Shown here one piece after another: positions 9,128 to 19,710 of a stretch of 64,000 nucleotides of DNA. Under the pieces are notes generated by a model. It made no database searches, was not told the origin of the DNA, and saw only the letters and a program-made list of their open reading frames with translations. This DNA comes from Bacteroidota bacterium (lineage in GTDB: Bacteria; Bacteroidota; Ignavibacteria; Kryptoniales; JAKASW01): NCBI GenBank assembly GCA_021812985.1, contig JAKAMG010000013.1, positions 586 through 64,585 on the forward strand. The letters are read 5' to 3'. Each line of letters starts with the position of its first letter. Position 1 is the first letter of the stretch. The position numbers and the translations under genes are program-made.

Positions 9128-10930
9128 TTATATCCTGCCGAACTTCTTATCGAGTTCGAGGAGAGGTATCTTGACGAGAACCGGTCTGCCATGGGGACAG
9201 ACATACGGGACTTCAGCCTGGAAGAGCTGGTCGATAAGTGACTCCATCTCTTCGACGGTCAGGTAATCTCCAGCTTTGACGGCGGCCTTGCATGCGTATG
9301 TCTTGCAGAGCTTCTCACGCGGAGTCAGCCTGAGATCGTTGTCGCGCTTGAAGTCCTCAATTATCTCCGTGATGATGGTGCTTTCCCTTCCGGGTTTGAG
9401 ATCCACAGGCACGCCGTCTAGAACAGCCGTCGACCCGCTGAACATTTTTATACTGAACCCCATCAGGTTGAGGTCCGGAAGAGTTTCCTCGACAACCGAA
9501 AAATCAGCCGGGTCGAGGTTCATGCTAATCGGGAAAAGGAGCTGCTGTGTATTCTGCCCCTGCTCATTAAACCTTTTGAGCGTCCTTTCATAAATCACGC
9601 GCTCGTGGGCGGCATGCTGGTCGATCACCAGAAGACCGGTCGAGATCTGGGAGATGATGTACTTATTGTGCAACTGATAGATTATGCCGGCGTCGGTGTC
9701 GAACACTCCGTTGTCTGATTCCTCTGAATCTGTCGATGCCGGTCTCGGCTGGGGCAGGCGCAGAGAGAAGAGAGGATCGACCGCATCTGCGATCCTTTCC
9801 TCCTCAATATATCTGCCGGAGGCTCCGGTCTGCGGCGCCCTTGAATTGAACATTACCGGCACTATGCCGCCTCTCGAAGACTCTGTGGTTGTCCGGCTTA
9901 CGAACCTCCCGGAATCCGGGGCCATTCCCATCTCCGGAACAAGATCGCTTCTTACCAGAGCGCTCCTCGTCGCCGAGCGGATTGCGCCGTAGATGCTTCT
10001 CTCATCCTTGAACTTGACTTCCATTTTGGATGGGTGGACATTCACGTCCACCTCGTTTGGAGGGAGCTCAATAAAGATGGCGAAGAAAGGGAAGTCCCCC
10101 CTGTCTATCAGGTTTTCATATGCCGAAAAGGCGGCATGGTTGACTGCCTTGTTCAGCACATATCGCCTGTTGAGAAAAAGGAACTGCTCGCCGCGAGTGC
10201 GCTTAGTGTATTCAGGTTTGCCCAGAAAGCCGCTGACTTTCAGGTGGTCGTAGTCCTCTTCGAACGCAACAAGAGAATCAGTGAAACGTTCGCCGAAGAT
10301 CTCATCGAGCCGTCCGCGTATCGTGTCAGCCTTCGCACGAAGCACGATCTCGTCGCCTGACTGGAGAGTGAATTCTATTTCGGGAAAAGCCAGCGCGTAT
10401 CTTGAGACCGTCTGATAAATATGCCTGAACTCGGTCGGGTTCGCCTTCATGAAATTTCTTCTGGCCGGGGTATTGTAGAAGAGATTCTTTACGATGACCG
10501 TCGTCCCGACTCCGTGCGCGACCCTGGAGACTTCCTCCCGCCTTCCACCATCTATGCGGAGGTAGACGGCGGCATCCTCACCGGCAACCCTTGTCTTAAG
10601 TTCAATCTGGGAGACTGCCGCGATTGAATAGAGCGCTTCACCTCTGAAACCGAGTGTGCCAACGTTCTCCAGATCCTCGTAAGTCTCAATCTTGCTCGTG
10701 GCATGTCGCTCGAAAGCCACCAGCGCATCTTCCTCCGTCATGCCTGAGCCATCGTCGGTGATTCTTATGAAGCTCTTCCCCGCGTCTTTCACCTCAACAT
10801 ATATCGACTTGGAGCCGGCGTCGATGGAATTCTCGAGGAGCTCCTTCACGACCGATTCGGGTCGCTGGACTACTTCACCCGCCGCGATCTTGCTCGCCAA
10901 TTCTTCGGAAAGGACTTTGATCTTAGCCAT
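9128..10930 (-). CDS. mutL: DNA mismatch repair protein MutL
   Basis: 600 aa. GHKL ATPase N-terminus IAAGEVVQRPESVVKELLENSIDAG. C-terminal CPHGRP motif. Confidence 0.95.
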   Translation of the reverse strand: MAKIKVLSEELASKIAAGEVVQRPESVVKELLENSIDAGSKSIYVEVKDAGKSFIRITDDGSGMTEEDALVAFERHATSKIETYEDLENVGTLGFRGEALYSIAAVSQIELKTRVAGEDAAVYLRIDGGRREEVSRVAHGVGTTVIVKNLFYNTPARRNFMKANPTEFRHIYQTVSRYALAFPEIEFTLQSGDEIVLRAKADTIRGRLDEIFGERFTDSLVAFEEDYDHLKVSGFLGKPEYTKRTRGEQFLFLNRRYVLNKAVNHAAFSAYENLIDRGDFPFFAIFIELPPNEVDVNVHPSKMEVKFKDERSIYGAIRSATRSALVRSDLVPEMGMAPDSGRFVSRTTTESSRGGIVPVMFNSRAPQTGASGRYIEEERIADAVDPLFSLRLPQPRPASTDSEESDNGVFDTDAGIIYQLHNKYIISQISTGLLVIDQHAAHERVIYERTLKRFNEQGQNTQQLLFPISMNLDPADFSVVEETLPDLNLMGFSIKMFSGSTAVLDGVPVDLKPGRESTIITEIIEDFKRDNDLRLTPREKLCKTYACKAAVKAGDYLTVEEMESLIDQLFQAEVPYVCPHGRPVLVKIPLLELDKKFGRI

Positions 10931-10965
10931 TAAGCTCCCTTTGCTGTTGTATCCCGAACGACGCC

Positions 10966-11895
10966 TTAATCCTGTGACTCCGCAAACAGCGCATCGACGA
11001 ATGTTTCCCTTTTGAAAGGCTGCAGGTCATCAATCCCTTCGCCGACGCCTATATATTTCACCGGTAATTTAAGCTCCTGACTGATGGCAATCACGATTCC
11101 CCCCTTGGCGGTACCGTCAAGTTTCGTCAGGACAATGCCCGTCACGCCGGCCGCCTCCAAGAACTGTCTCGCCTGCACAAGGCCGTTCTGGCCCGTCACG
11201 GCATCGAGGACCAGGAAGACTTCGTGAGGAGCTTCGGGTATGACCTTCTGCACGACCCTTCTCACCTTCTTCAGCTCTTCCATCAAATTAGTTTTTGTAT
11301 GGAGCCTGCCGGCAGTGTCTATGAGGACGACGTCAACGTCCCTTGCCTTGGCCGCGCTCACGGCATCGTAAGCGACCGCGCCCGGGTCGGTCCCGGGTTC
11401 CTGCTGGACTATTTCGACTCCTGCTCTGTCCGCCCATATCTTCAACTGCTCGTTCGCGGCCGCCCGGAAAGTATCAGCCGCGGCTATAAGTACACGCTTT
11501 CCGTCGTTCCTGAAATTATATGAAAGCTTTCCAACAGTGGTTGTCTTTCCAACCCCGTTCACGCCAACGATCATTATAACGTGTGGCTTCCCTGCGGAGG
11601 TTTGCGTGCCATCTGGCATGGCCAGATATTTTGAAATCTCTTCCTTAAGCAGTGATTTTAGAACGGATGCGTCCTCATAGCCCTCCGCCTTGACGCGCGC
11701 GCGGATATCGGAGATTATCCTCTCGGTAGCGTCGAACCCGACATCGCTGGAGAGCAACGACTCCTCAATTTCGTCTATGAGAGCATCGTCGATCTTCGCC
11801 TTTTTCGAGATGGCCTTCGTAACCCTCTCGACAAGCGTGGATCTTGTTCTGGATAGCCCGTCCTTTACCTTCTTGAAACGGTCAAGCAATCCCAT
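10966..11895 (-). CDS. ftsY: Signal recognition particle receptor FtsY
   Basis: 309 aa. SRP GTPase motifs [17 protein letters not shown] and [11 protein letters not shown]. Confidence 0.93.
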   Translation of the reverse strand: MGLLDRFKKVKDGLSRTRSTLVERVTKAISKKAKIDDALIDEIEESLLSSDVGFDATERIISDIRARVKAEGYEDASVLKSLLKEEISKYLAMPDGTQTSAGKPHVIMIVGVNGVGKTTTVGKLSYNFRNDGKRVLIAAADTFRAAANEQLKIWADRAGVEIVQQEPGTDPGAVAYDAVSAAKARDVDVVLIDTAGRLHTKTNLMEELKKVRRVVQKVIPEAPHEVFLVLDAVTGQNGLVQARQFLEAAGVTGIVLTKLDGTAKGGIVIAISQELKLPVKYIGVGEGIDDLQPFKRETFVDALFAESQD

Positions 11896-11943
11896 CAGTA
11901 ACTGAATTCCTCTCTGAAATTAATGCGGCGAAAATCGTCGGGG

Positions 11944-12525
11944 TCAGACGTTGCGCACCATGTATTTTCTGTAAATGTTCGCGTATACTCCAAGCGAAAG
12001 AAATATCGATGCAGTGCTCAAATAGAGGAAGAAGCTCTTGGCAGCTTCCAGCGCCTCCACCCTCATCGTTGCAAGTATGATGTACGCCGCTATGAATGTC
12101 ACGGTCCATTTCCCGGCCCACACCGACTGTACCACCACCTTCCGGCGAGCGATTATATAGGAGCTCCCGGCTACGATGAGTATGTCACGTGCCGCGACAA
12201 GCGCGGCGTACCACAGCGGCACGTCACCGACGACAACGAGCACGGCTGAGATAGTAATAATGCAAATCTTGTCCGCCGCAGGATCGAGGAGCCTGCCAAA
12301 ATCAGTGACCTGGTTCATGATCCGAGCCAGGAAGCCGTCGAGAAAATCGGTCGCGGCGGCCGCAATCATGAGGGCCAGGACGGCAATCCTGTACTCGCTT
12401 CCAGGCTTGAGGATCAGGACGACGATCGGGATCAGCAGGACAATCCTGCTGAGACTGAGGATGTTAGATGCCGTCCAACGAGTCTCAAGCTTCAACACTT
12501 CGTTCCCGCGAGAAGTCTCGGTCAA
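11944..12525 (-). CDS. CDP-alcohol phosphatidyltransferase family protein (PgsA-like)
   Basis: 193 aa, polytopic. Signature DFLDGFLARIMNQVTDFGRLLDPAADK, which fits D-x2-DG-x2-AR...G-x3-D-x3-D. Confidence 0.8.
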   Translation of the reverse strand: MTETSRGNEVLKLETRWTASNILSLSRIVLLIPIVVLILKPGSEYRIAVLALMIAAAATDFLDGFLARIMNQVTDFGRLLDPAADKICIITISAVLVVVGDVPLWYAALVAARDILIVAGSSYIIARRKVVVQSVWAGKWTVTFIAAYIILATMRVEALEAAKSFFLYLSTASIFLSLGVYANIYRKYMVRNV

Positions 12526-12620
12526 AAGAGGGTCACTCCTGCCTGCCGGCCTACCGACTCAAAAATTCAAGATACCCCGCCGATAGCGGCGAGATTGCCT
12601 GGCGTTCCGGAGAGAAAAGG

Positions 12621-14126
12621 CTAAGCCCTAGCCTCATTGATGTTAGCCTCAAACTCTTCTTTCCTGTTTCCCTCGACTTCGGTAGGATATTCACCGCTGA
12701 AGCATGCCGTGCAGTAACCGCGGCGCTCATCCTCCGGGACCGAATCGAGGAGCTTACCAAGCGAAAGGTAAGCAAGCGAATCAACGTTCAGCTCCCGCCG
12801 CATCTTTTCGATATCTCCGTTAAGCTGATTCGCGAACAGCTCCTTCTCGGACGGGAAATCCATGCCGTAATAGCAGGGATGCATGATCGGCGGTGAGCTT
12901 ACGCGAAAATGGACCTCCGCCGGTTCGGCCTCACGGATTAGCCTCACGAGTTGCTTGCTGGTCGTCCCGCGCACTATCGAGTCATCCACGATTACAACCT
13001 TGCGTCCCTTCAAGACTCCCTTCACGGTGTTGAACTTGATCTTCACCTTCAAGTCACGTGAATACTGGTTCGGTTGAATGAAGGTTCTTCCTATATAGTG
13101 GCTTCTGATCAGTCCGATTTCGAATTTCGCCTTTATCCCCATCTTAAGACTCTGCGACACGTAGCCGAGCGTCGCGGTGTTCGATGAGTCGGGCACACTG
13201 ATGACCACCAGCTTCTCGTCCTCATCATTCTCGACGGGTGCCTCCTCCGCGAGTCCCTTCCCGATCTTACGCCTGACCTTGTCCACGCTTTCGCCGAAAA
13301 TCTTGCTGTCAGGTCGCGAGAAGTAAATGAACTCAAATATACAGTGATGCGATCGTTCCGGAATGCCGGGGAGATACATGGAGCGAAACTTCCCTGTCGA
13401 TAGGGCTTCGTCATCTATGATGATTACCTCTCCGGGCTCGACATCGCGCACGTATTCTGCTCCCAATATATCGAACGCGCAGGTTTCGGAGGCGGCTATG
13501 AATGCATTCCCGATCCTGCCGAGTGCCAGAGGCCTGAACCCATACGGGTCTCTGGCTATGATAAGCTGATTGTCAGAGAGTATGACGAGCGAGAAGGCCC
13601 CCCTTATGGTCTGAAGTGCGTCATAGACTTGCTCTATTACGGTTTCCTTCTGGCTCCTGGCTATGAGATGGAGGATTATCTCCGTGTCGGTAGTCGTTTG
13701 AAAGAGAGTGCCGCTTTCCGTAAGGTCGTGCCTGAGGCTGTGTGAATTAGTCAGATTCCCGTTGTGGGCTATAGCCAGGTTACCCTTGCGATAGTTAACG
13801 ACGATCGGCTGGACATTTTTGCTGCTCTCGGCCGCGCCTGTCGTCGAATATCTGTTGTGCCCTATCCCCGCGTTCCCTTTCAAGGTCTCATTGAGGATTC
13901 TTTCATCCTTGAACACATCCGCGATGAGGCCGGTGCTCTTGTGCACGTTGAAAAACGATTTATCCGCGGTTCGTTCCCGGGTCACTATTCCCGCCGCCTC
14001 CTGCCCGCGATGCTGGAGAGCGTTCAGTCCGTAGTAGATATAGTTCGACGCGTTTTCCGCCCCATAAACTCCTACTATGCCGCAAAAGGTCTTCGGTTTA
14101 TTAATCTTAATCTGAGCTTCACGCAT
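12621..14126 (-). CDS. purF: Amidophosphoribosyltransferase
   Basis: 501 aa. Ntn nucleophile CGIVGVYG after a short propeptide. PRPP loop VVIVDDSIVRGTT. C-terminal Cys ligands (CYYGMDFP, CTACFSGEYP) typical of the Fe-S type enzyme. Confidence 0.93.
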   Translation of the reverse strand: MREAQIKINKPKTFCGIVGVYGAENASNYIYYGLNALQHRGQEAAGIVTRERTADKSFFNVHKSTGLIADVFKDERILNETLKGNAGIGHNRYSTTGAAESSKNVQPIVVNYRKGNLAIAHNGNLTNSHSLRHDLTESGTLFQTTTDTEIILHLIARSQKETVIEQVYDALQTIRGAFSLVILSDNQLIIARDPYGFRPLALGRIGNAFIAASETCAFDILGAEYVRDVEPGEVIIIDDEALSTGKFRSMYLPGIPERSHHCIFEFIYFSRPDSKIFGESVDKVRRKIGKGLAEEAPVENDEDEKLVVISVPDSSNTATLGYVSQSLKMGIKAKFEIGLIRSHYIGRTFIQPNQYSRDLKVKIKFNTVKGVLKGRKVVIVDDSIVRGTTSKQLVRLIREAEPAEVHFRVSSPPIMHPCYYGMDFPSEKELFANQLNGDIEKMRRELNVDSLAYLSLGKLLDSVPEDERRGYCTACFSGEYPTEVEGNRKEEFEANINEARA

Positions 14127-14265
14127 TTAGTGCATCACTCCATCATTCTCAACGGGAAAACTTCGTCAACTGTGACCGACACAAAGGGACTTGTCCTCAA
14201 AAAGCTTGAACCGGTTTAAAATTAATGAACACATGAAAGTAAATCAAACCAGCGCCGATGAGGCG

Positions 14266-14305
14266 AAAAAGGCAGCGCCTCCCGGAAGTTGACATGGGAG
14301 GCGCC
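14266..14305 (-). terminator. Rho-independent terminator after lon
   Basis: The minus strand reads GGCGCCTCCC-atgtcaacttcc-GGGAGGCGC followed by tgccTTTTT. It lies about 30 nt after the lon stop. Confidence 0.6.
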
Positions 14306-14332
14306 AGAGAATTCATATATATGCACGAGTCG

Positions 14333-16747
14333 TCAATTCGCGATCGGAGCTTCCGCCCGCGCGGGAGGCTTATCGTCCTTCTTCGATGGGCGAAGAGCGA
14401 AGCCGAGGACCTCAGGCATCTCGCTGACAAACTTGAACTTCAGCTGATCACGCACGTTGGGAGGGACCTCGTCAAGATCGAGTTCGTTCTTCCTGGGGAG
14501 AATGACTGTCTTTATTCCTGATCGTACCGCCGCGATTACCTTCTCCTTCACACCTCCAATCGGTAGCACCGCACCGCGCAGTGTAATCTCACCAGTCATC
14601 GCCAGGTCATTTCTGACGAGTCTCCCGGTCAGAAGCGAAACTAGAGCCGTGAGCATCGTTACGCCTGCCGAGGGTCCGTCCTTGGGTATCGCGCCGGCGG
14701 GAACGTGAATATGAATATCGTACTTCTCCCTGAAATCCGGCTCGATGCCGAGCGCCTCCGCGTTGGCGCCGATGAAGCTCAAAGCGGCCTGCGCCGATTC
14801 CTTCATGACTTCTCCAAGTTGTCCGGTCAGTATGAGGCTTCCCTTTCCCTTCATCTTCGAAGCTTCCACGAAGAGTATGTCTCCTCCGACCGGAGTCCAG
14901 GCCAATCCGGTGGCGATGCCCGGCTTGTTAATCCTCTCGGACACTTCCGGATAGAATTTCTGGTTGCCGAGATACTTCACCACTCCTTCGCGGTCGATAT
15001 TGAACTGTTTCTTCGAACCCGCCGCTACTTCCATAGCGACGCCTCGGCAAACGTCCGCAATCTTTCTCTCGAGGCTTCGGACACCAGCCTCTTTGGTGTA
15101 TCCCGATATGATGAAATGGAGGGACTCATCAGTAAAATTCACCCTTTTCTCTTTGAGCCCATGCTCCTGCTGCTGCTTCGGGACAAGGAAGTTCCTCGCT
15201 ATGTGAAGTTTCTCCTCGTCCACATAGCTGGGGATCTCTATTATCTCCATCCTGTCTCTAAGGGCAGCAGGTATAGGCTCCATCATGTTCGCTGTGGCGA
15301 TGAACATCACCTTGGAGAGGTCGAAAGGGATTTCGAGATAGTGATCGCTGAACGAGAAGTTCTGTTCGGGATCGAGCACCTCGAGGAGCGCACTCGAAGG
15401 ATCACCGCGGAAATCCGTCCCTATCTTGTCAACCTCGTCTAACATGAAGACCGGGTTATTCGAACCGGCTTTTTTTATCCCCTGTATAATCCTGCCGGGG
15501 AGAGCGCCGATGTAAGTCCGCCTGTGTCCCCGAATTTCGGCCTCATCATGGACGCCACCGAGCGACATCCTGACGAATTTCCTTCCAAGCGCCTTGGCGA
15601 TTGACCTTCCGAGGCTCGTCTTTCCGACGCCCGGCGGGCCTACGAAACAGAGTATCGGGCCACGCATGTCGTCCTTCAACTTGCGGACGGCGAGGTATTC
15701 GAGGATTCTCTTCTTGACCTTCTCCAGGCCGTAATGATCGGCCTCGAGAGACCTTTCCGCCTCCTTTATATTCAGGTTGTCCTGCGTCGAATCGCTCCAT
15801 GGAAGATCAAGCAGCCAGTCGAGGTAATTGCGCGAGACCGAGTATTCAGCGCTCGATGCATGCATCCTCTGCAGCCTGTCGAGCTCCTTCGAAGCCGTCT
15901 TCTTAACTTCCTCAGGATAGCTCCCCTCTTCGACCCTCTTTCTCAGTTCGTTGACTTCAACGTTCTCATTGTCTTCACCAAGCTCGTGCTTTATGGCCTT
16001 CATCTGCTCGCGAAGGAAATAATCACGCTGGCTCTTGTTGATTTCATCCTGGACCTCAGTCTGTATCTTGTTGCCGAGCTCGAGCCTCTGAACAAGCTTG
16101 GTCAGGTAGACGTTCGATTTCTTCAGCCTTTCGCGAACATCGAGTTCCTCGAGGACCTCCTGTTTCTCGTTGACGGGAATATTGATGAGCCACATGGCCA
16201 TATCGGCGACGTGGCCGGGATCCTCCGTATTGAGAATGAGGCCGAGGTGTTCGGGCGTGAGGTCCGGCGCCAGGTCCACAGCCTTGCGGAATCCGTTCTT
16301 TATGGTGGCCGTCAGGGCCTCGACCTCTATCCCTTCGGCTTTGACTTCCTCGACCCTCTGAACGAAACCTTTGAGGTATGGCTCCTGCTGTACCAGGTTA
16401 AATATCTGCGCCCTGTACAAGCCCTGTACAAACACGCTCTTCGACCCATCCGGAAGGTTATAAACCTTTAAAATCCGCGCTACGGTCCCGGTCTTATAGA
16501 TGTCTTCAGGCGTGGGACGCTCGGTGTTGGCGTCTTTCTGCGCAACTATCAGGATCGGGAGGTCATCCCTGAAGGCCTCGTCCACAAGCTGTATCGTGCT
16601 CTTCCTCCCCACGGACAATGGCATCATCTGGCGCGGGAAAAAAACGGAATTCCTTAACGGCATTATCGGGAGTATTTCCTGGCTGTAAAGCCTCCCCGGA
16701 TCTTCCATTATTATCTGTTCGTCTTTGTCAAACTCATTATCACTCAT
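14333..16747 (-). CDS. lon: ATP-dependent Lon protease
   Basis: 804 aa. Walker A GPPGVGKTS. Catalytic-serine motif PKDGPSAGVTM. N-terminal LON substrate-binding domain. Confidence 0.95.
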   Translation of the reverse strand: MSDNEFDKDEQIIMEDPGRLYSQEILPIMPLRNSVFFPRQMMPLSVGRKSTIQLVDEAFRDDLPILIVAQKDANTERPTPEDIYKTGTVARILKVYNLPDGSKSVFVQGLYRAQIFNLVQQEPYLKGFVQRVEEVKAEGIEVEALTATIKNGFRKAVDLAPDLTPEHLGLILNTEDPGHVADMAMWLINIPVNEKQEVLEELDVRERLKKSNVYLTKLVQRLELGNKIQTEVQDEINKSQRDYFLREQMKAIKHELGEDNENVEVNELRKRVEEGSYPEEVKKTASKELDRLQRMHASSAEYSVSRNYLDWLLDLPWSDSTQDNLNIKEAERSLEADHYGLEKVKKRILEYLAVRKLKDDMRGPILCFVGPPGVGKTSLGRSIAKALGRKFVRMSLGGVHDEAEIRGHRRTYIGALPGRIIQGIKKAGSNNPVFMLDEVDKIGTDFRGDPSSALLEVLDPEQNFSFSDHYLEIPFDLSKVMFIATANMMEPIPAALRDRMEIIEIPSYVDEEKLHIARNFLVPKQQQEHGLKEKRVNFTDESLHFIISGYTKEAGVRSLERKIADVCRGVAMEVAAGSKKQFNIDREGVVKYLGNQKFYPEVSERINKPGIATGLAWTPVGGDILFVEASKMKGKGSLILTGQLGEVMKESAQAALSFIGANAEALGIEPDFREKYDIHIHVPAGAIPKDGPSAGVTMLTALVSLLTGRLVRNDLAMTGEITLRGAVLPIGGVKEKVIAAVRSGIKTVILPRKNELDLDEVPPNVRDQLKFKFVSEMPEVLGFALRPSKKDDKPPARAEAPIAN

Positions 16748-16779
16748 CTATTGTTCTCCGTTAAACCATCTCTTGATAA

Positions 16780-17274
16780 TTAAGACAATCTCATAACTAT
16801 ATCCAGCAACTCCTCATTCCGGCGCTGCATTTCAGAGGCCAGGAAATCGACCAGCCTGATTACATCACGGTCGGTCATGTTGTTCTTCTGATGTACGAAC
16901 GCCTCGCTTCTCGAAGCGTGTTCCTCCATATCGCTGACAAGCCGCCTTACGTTCCCCCTAAAATCGACATCCTCCCTTGTTTGCAGACTGACCTGAGGAG
17001 GCACTCCTCCAAGTTCCACAATCTTTACTCTGACAAGTTCAGCGTTACTGCGCAGATCGTCCGCAATCTTCCTCAACCTGTTCGTGATAAAAGGATAGGG
17101 GATCCATTTGTAATGTGAGGCCATGTTTGCCGCGATACTAATCAGCGAAGCGTAATCTTCGCCCAGGTATTGGAGGTCCTTCTTCAACTCTCGTCGGGGT
17201 CCAGAGTCAGAAGAGAGCGCTTCAATAAACGCGATCCTGTGGCGCCTATTTTCGATTGCCGATTGCTGTAACAT
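16780..17274 (-). CDS. Hypothetical all-helical protein (four-helix-bundle / ferritin-like guess)
   Basis: 164 aa, with no signal peptide or TM segment. Helix-rich heptad-like sequence with E/H pairs (DMEEHASRSE). Located 32 nt upstream of lon, between hsp20 and lon. Confidence 0.35.
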   Translation of the reverse strand: MLQQSAIENRRHRIAFIEALSSDSGPRRELKKDLQYLGEDYASLISIAANMASHYKWIPYPFITNRLRKIADDLRSNAELVRVKIVELGGVPPQVSLQTREDVDFRGNVRRLVSDMEEHASRSEAFVHQKNNMTDRDVIRLVDFLASEMQRRNEELLDIVMRLS

Positions 17275-17284
17275 ATCTCCTCCT

Positions 17285-17330
17285 GATAAAATAGATACTG
17301 ACAGGCCCCCTCAACAAGGGGACCTGTCAG
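17285..17330 (-). terminator. Rho-independent terminator after hsp20
   Basis: The minus strand reads CTGACAGGTCCCC-ttgttga-GGGGGCCTGTCAG followed by tatctatttta. Confidence 0.6.
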
Positions 17331-17342
17331 GCCGACCTCCGA

Positions 17343-17813
17343 TTAGGAGACCTTTACTTCGATTTCTTTTGGCTTCGCCTCTTCAACCTTCGGAAGTGTC
17401 ACTGTGAGAACGCCATCCCTGAAAGAAGCGTCGATTTTCTCACTCTTCACGTTCGCCGGAAGGGAGAAAGCTCTCTCAAACGAACCGTAGGAGCGTTCGA
17501 TGCGATGCATGTTCAGCTCCTTCTCTTCCTTCTCCTGCTTCTTCTCGCCCCTGATGGTAAGCACGTTCTCCTGGACGGTGATTTTAACGTCACCCTTATC
17601 GACGCCGGGGAGTTCCGCCTTTATCAAATAGGAATCCTTGTGTTCCATGACGTCGACCCGAGGGGCCCACTCTGCGACGAAAGAATTTTCTCCCTTGAAA
17701 TCAGAGAACAAGCTGTCGAAGACGCGCCCGATTTCTCTCTGCATGTTGAACAGATCTCTTAACGGGGTCCATTCTGCGACTTCACGCTCAGGTTTCCATC
17801 TTGCTATTGCCAT
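17343..17813 (-). CDS. Hsp20/alpha-crystallin family small heat-shock protein
   Basis: 156 aa. Alpha-crystallin core AELPGVDKGDVKITVQENVLTIRGEKK...SYGSFERAFSLP. AAGGAGGA RBS. Confidence 0.9.
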   Translation of the reverse strand: MAIARWKPEREVAEWTPLRDLFNMQREIGRVFDSLFSDFKGENSFVAEWAPRVDVMEHKDSYLIKAELPGVDKGDVKITVQENVLTIRGEKKQEKEEKELNMHRIERSYGSFERAFSLPANVKSEKIDASFRDGVLTVTLPKVEEAKPKEIEVKVS

Positions 17814-18009
17814 TTTATATTCCTCCTTTTTGTTTTCATCCTGCTATACTTCAAGAGGCGTGCCGGCAAAAAGGCGCCTGAAATCGCAAGAGAAAAGGGG
17901 GACGCGACGGGTTAAGTCGGGGCTTCGGACAATATCATCAAATAAAGAGACATAACGGGAAATTTCTCTGCCGCGGGAGCGACAGTTTGGCACTGACCAT
18001 AGAGCAGGC

Positions 18010-18624
18010 TCATTTGTCAAGAAAGCGAACGAGTTCGTCAGCGACGAGACGATTTCCCTCACCGCTGAGATGAACCCCGTCGAGCGTGAGCACGCCCCGC
18101 GAAAGGTCAGCGTTATTGTGAATCCGAAGATACTCTCTGAAAATGGCATGAAGGTCACAAAGCTCGATCCCTCCTTTGGCGGCGGCTTTCCTGCTCAGTT
18201 CCGCGTACTCATCGAGCAACGCGTCCAACGGGTTACTCAATCCAGTCTTTTCTCCAATGACTGTCGGGGTACAAAGGATGGCCCTCGCACCAGTCTCTTT
18301 GATGCGGGCGATAATCTCTGCAAGTCCAGATTCATACTCCCCTTTTGGAGTCCCAGTCAAACCGGGCTTCGAGAAATGCCAGACATCATTGACGCCGACG
18401 TAGATGACCACTGTCGCGGGCGTCCTCGAAATAACGTCCCTGTCAAGCCTCTCAAGGAGGTCGGTCACCTTGTTCCCGCTTATCCCGGCATTTACAAGTT
18501 CAGGATACTCATCGCCGTATTTTGTCCTGAGAGATTTCCTGATCAGCGACAAGTATCCGTACGGCTTGTCCCCCATCTCTGTGATGGAGTCTCCCAGGAA
18601 AACTATTCTACCAGATGCAGTCAC
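18010..18624 (-). CDS. SGNH/GDSL hydrolase family protein
   Basis: 204 aa. Block I IVFLGDSITE, block III GVNDVW, block V DGVHLS. Confidence 0.8.
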   Translation of the reverse strand: MTASGRIVFLGDSITEMGDKPYGYLSLIRKSLRTKYGDEYPELVNAGISGNKVTDLLERLDRDVISRTPATVVIYVGVNDVWHFSKPGLTGTPKGEYESGLAEIIARIKETGARAILCTPTVIGEKTGLSNPLDALLDEYAELSRKAAAKGGIELCDLHAIFREYLRIHNNADLSRGVLTLDGVHLSGEGNRLVADELVRFLDK

Positions 18625-18699
18625 ATTAAACTCCAGATAATTTTGGAGAAGACAAGCGAGCCGACCCCGTTGTTAGTAGTTTCAGGCCAAATGGTCCTG

Positions 18700-19644
18700 T
18701 CACGACAAGGTTTCGGAAAGGGCCTCGTCGATCTTCAGCATGTCGTCCGGTTGGATGATGAAATCACCTCCGTTGTTCTCTTCTACCTGACCGGCGGTCC
18801 TCGCGCCGACGATCGATGAGGTGACGGCAGGGTTCATGTTAACCCAGGCCACTGCAAGCTGTCCGACTGTTCTGCCGTATTTAGACGCTATCGGGCGCAG
18901 CCGCTCCACGAGGGCGATTTCCCTGGACAGAAGGGGTTCCTGGAAAACCTTGTTCTTCCTTCGCCAGTCATCCGCTGCCAATTTGGTTATGTCAAATTTC
19001 CCGGACAGAAGGCCCGACATCATAGGACTGTAAGCGACGACACCTATGCCGTTCTGCAGACAGTAAGGGAGCACCTCTTTACTCACGTCCTGCTTGACTA
19101 GATTGTAAATCGGCTGGAGGGATTGAGGACGCTCGATAGCCGAGCACCTCTTGAGAAGATCTACACCGAAGTTGCATACTCCGATGTGCTTCGCCTTACC
19201 CTCCTCCTTCAAGCGAACCATCGTCTCCCACGACTCCTCGACGGGGGTATCAGGATCGGGCCAGTGAAACTGATAAAGGTCGACGTGGTCAGTCCTGAGC
19301 CTCCGGAGGCTTGCCTCGATTTCTTTCCTGATGCTCACGGGACCAAGGTGAACCCTGACCTTTCTGCTGTCGTCCCAAACCATGCCGCACTTTGTCGCGA
19401 GGAACACGTCATCCCTGTGCCCTGATATCGCGCGGGCGACAACCTCTTCAGAATGGCCGAGCCCGTAAACGGCAGCGGTGTCTATCCAGTTGATACCGGA
19501 ATCGATCGCCTTCCTTATGGCGGAGACCGATGCCTCATCGTCCACGGGTCCCCAGCCGAACTCCCACGGCCCACCGATGGCCCACGCGCCAAAACCAATC
19601 GCGGTCAGCTCCGGACCGCCTTTGCCTAATATCCTCTTTCGCAT
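18700..19644 (-). CDS. Aldo/keto reductase
   Basis: 314 aa. Carries IGFGAWAIGG and WIDTAAVYGLGHSEE, with a typical AKR (alpha/beta)8 length. Confidence 0.88.
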   Translation of the reverse strand: MRKRILGKGGPELTAIGFGAWAIGGPWEFGWGPVDDEASVSAIRKAIDSGINWIDTAAVYGLGHSEEVVARAISGHRDDVFLATKCGMVWDDSRKVRVHLGPVSIRKEIEASLRRLRTDHVDLYQFHWPDPDTPVEESWETMVRLKEEGKAKHIGVCNFGVDLLKRCSAIERPQSLQPIYNLVKQDVSKEVLPYCLQNGIGVVAYSPMMSGLLSGKFDITKLAADDWRRKNKVFQEPLLSREIALVERLRPIASKYGRTVGQLAVAWVNMNPAVTSSIVGARTAGQVEENNGGDFIIQPDDMLKIDEALSETLS

Positions 19645-19710
19645 TTCAACTCCTGATTTATTTCAGCCGGCTCCATACTGCAAAATATAACAGCGACGAC
19701 GTGAATTCCG

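Noticed and set aside
17850-17855. Sigma-32-type heat-shock promoter upstream of hsp20 (CTTGAA on the minus strand)
   Set aside because: No CCCCAT-like -10 element follows at 13-17 nt, so a single hexamer match is not evidence.
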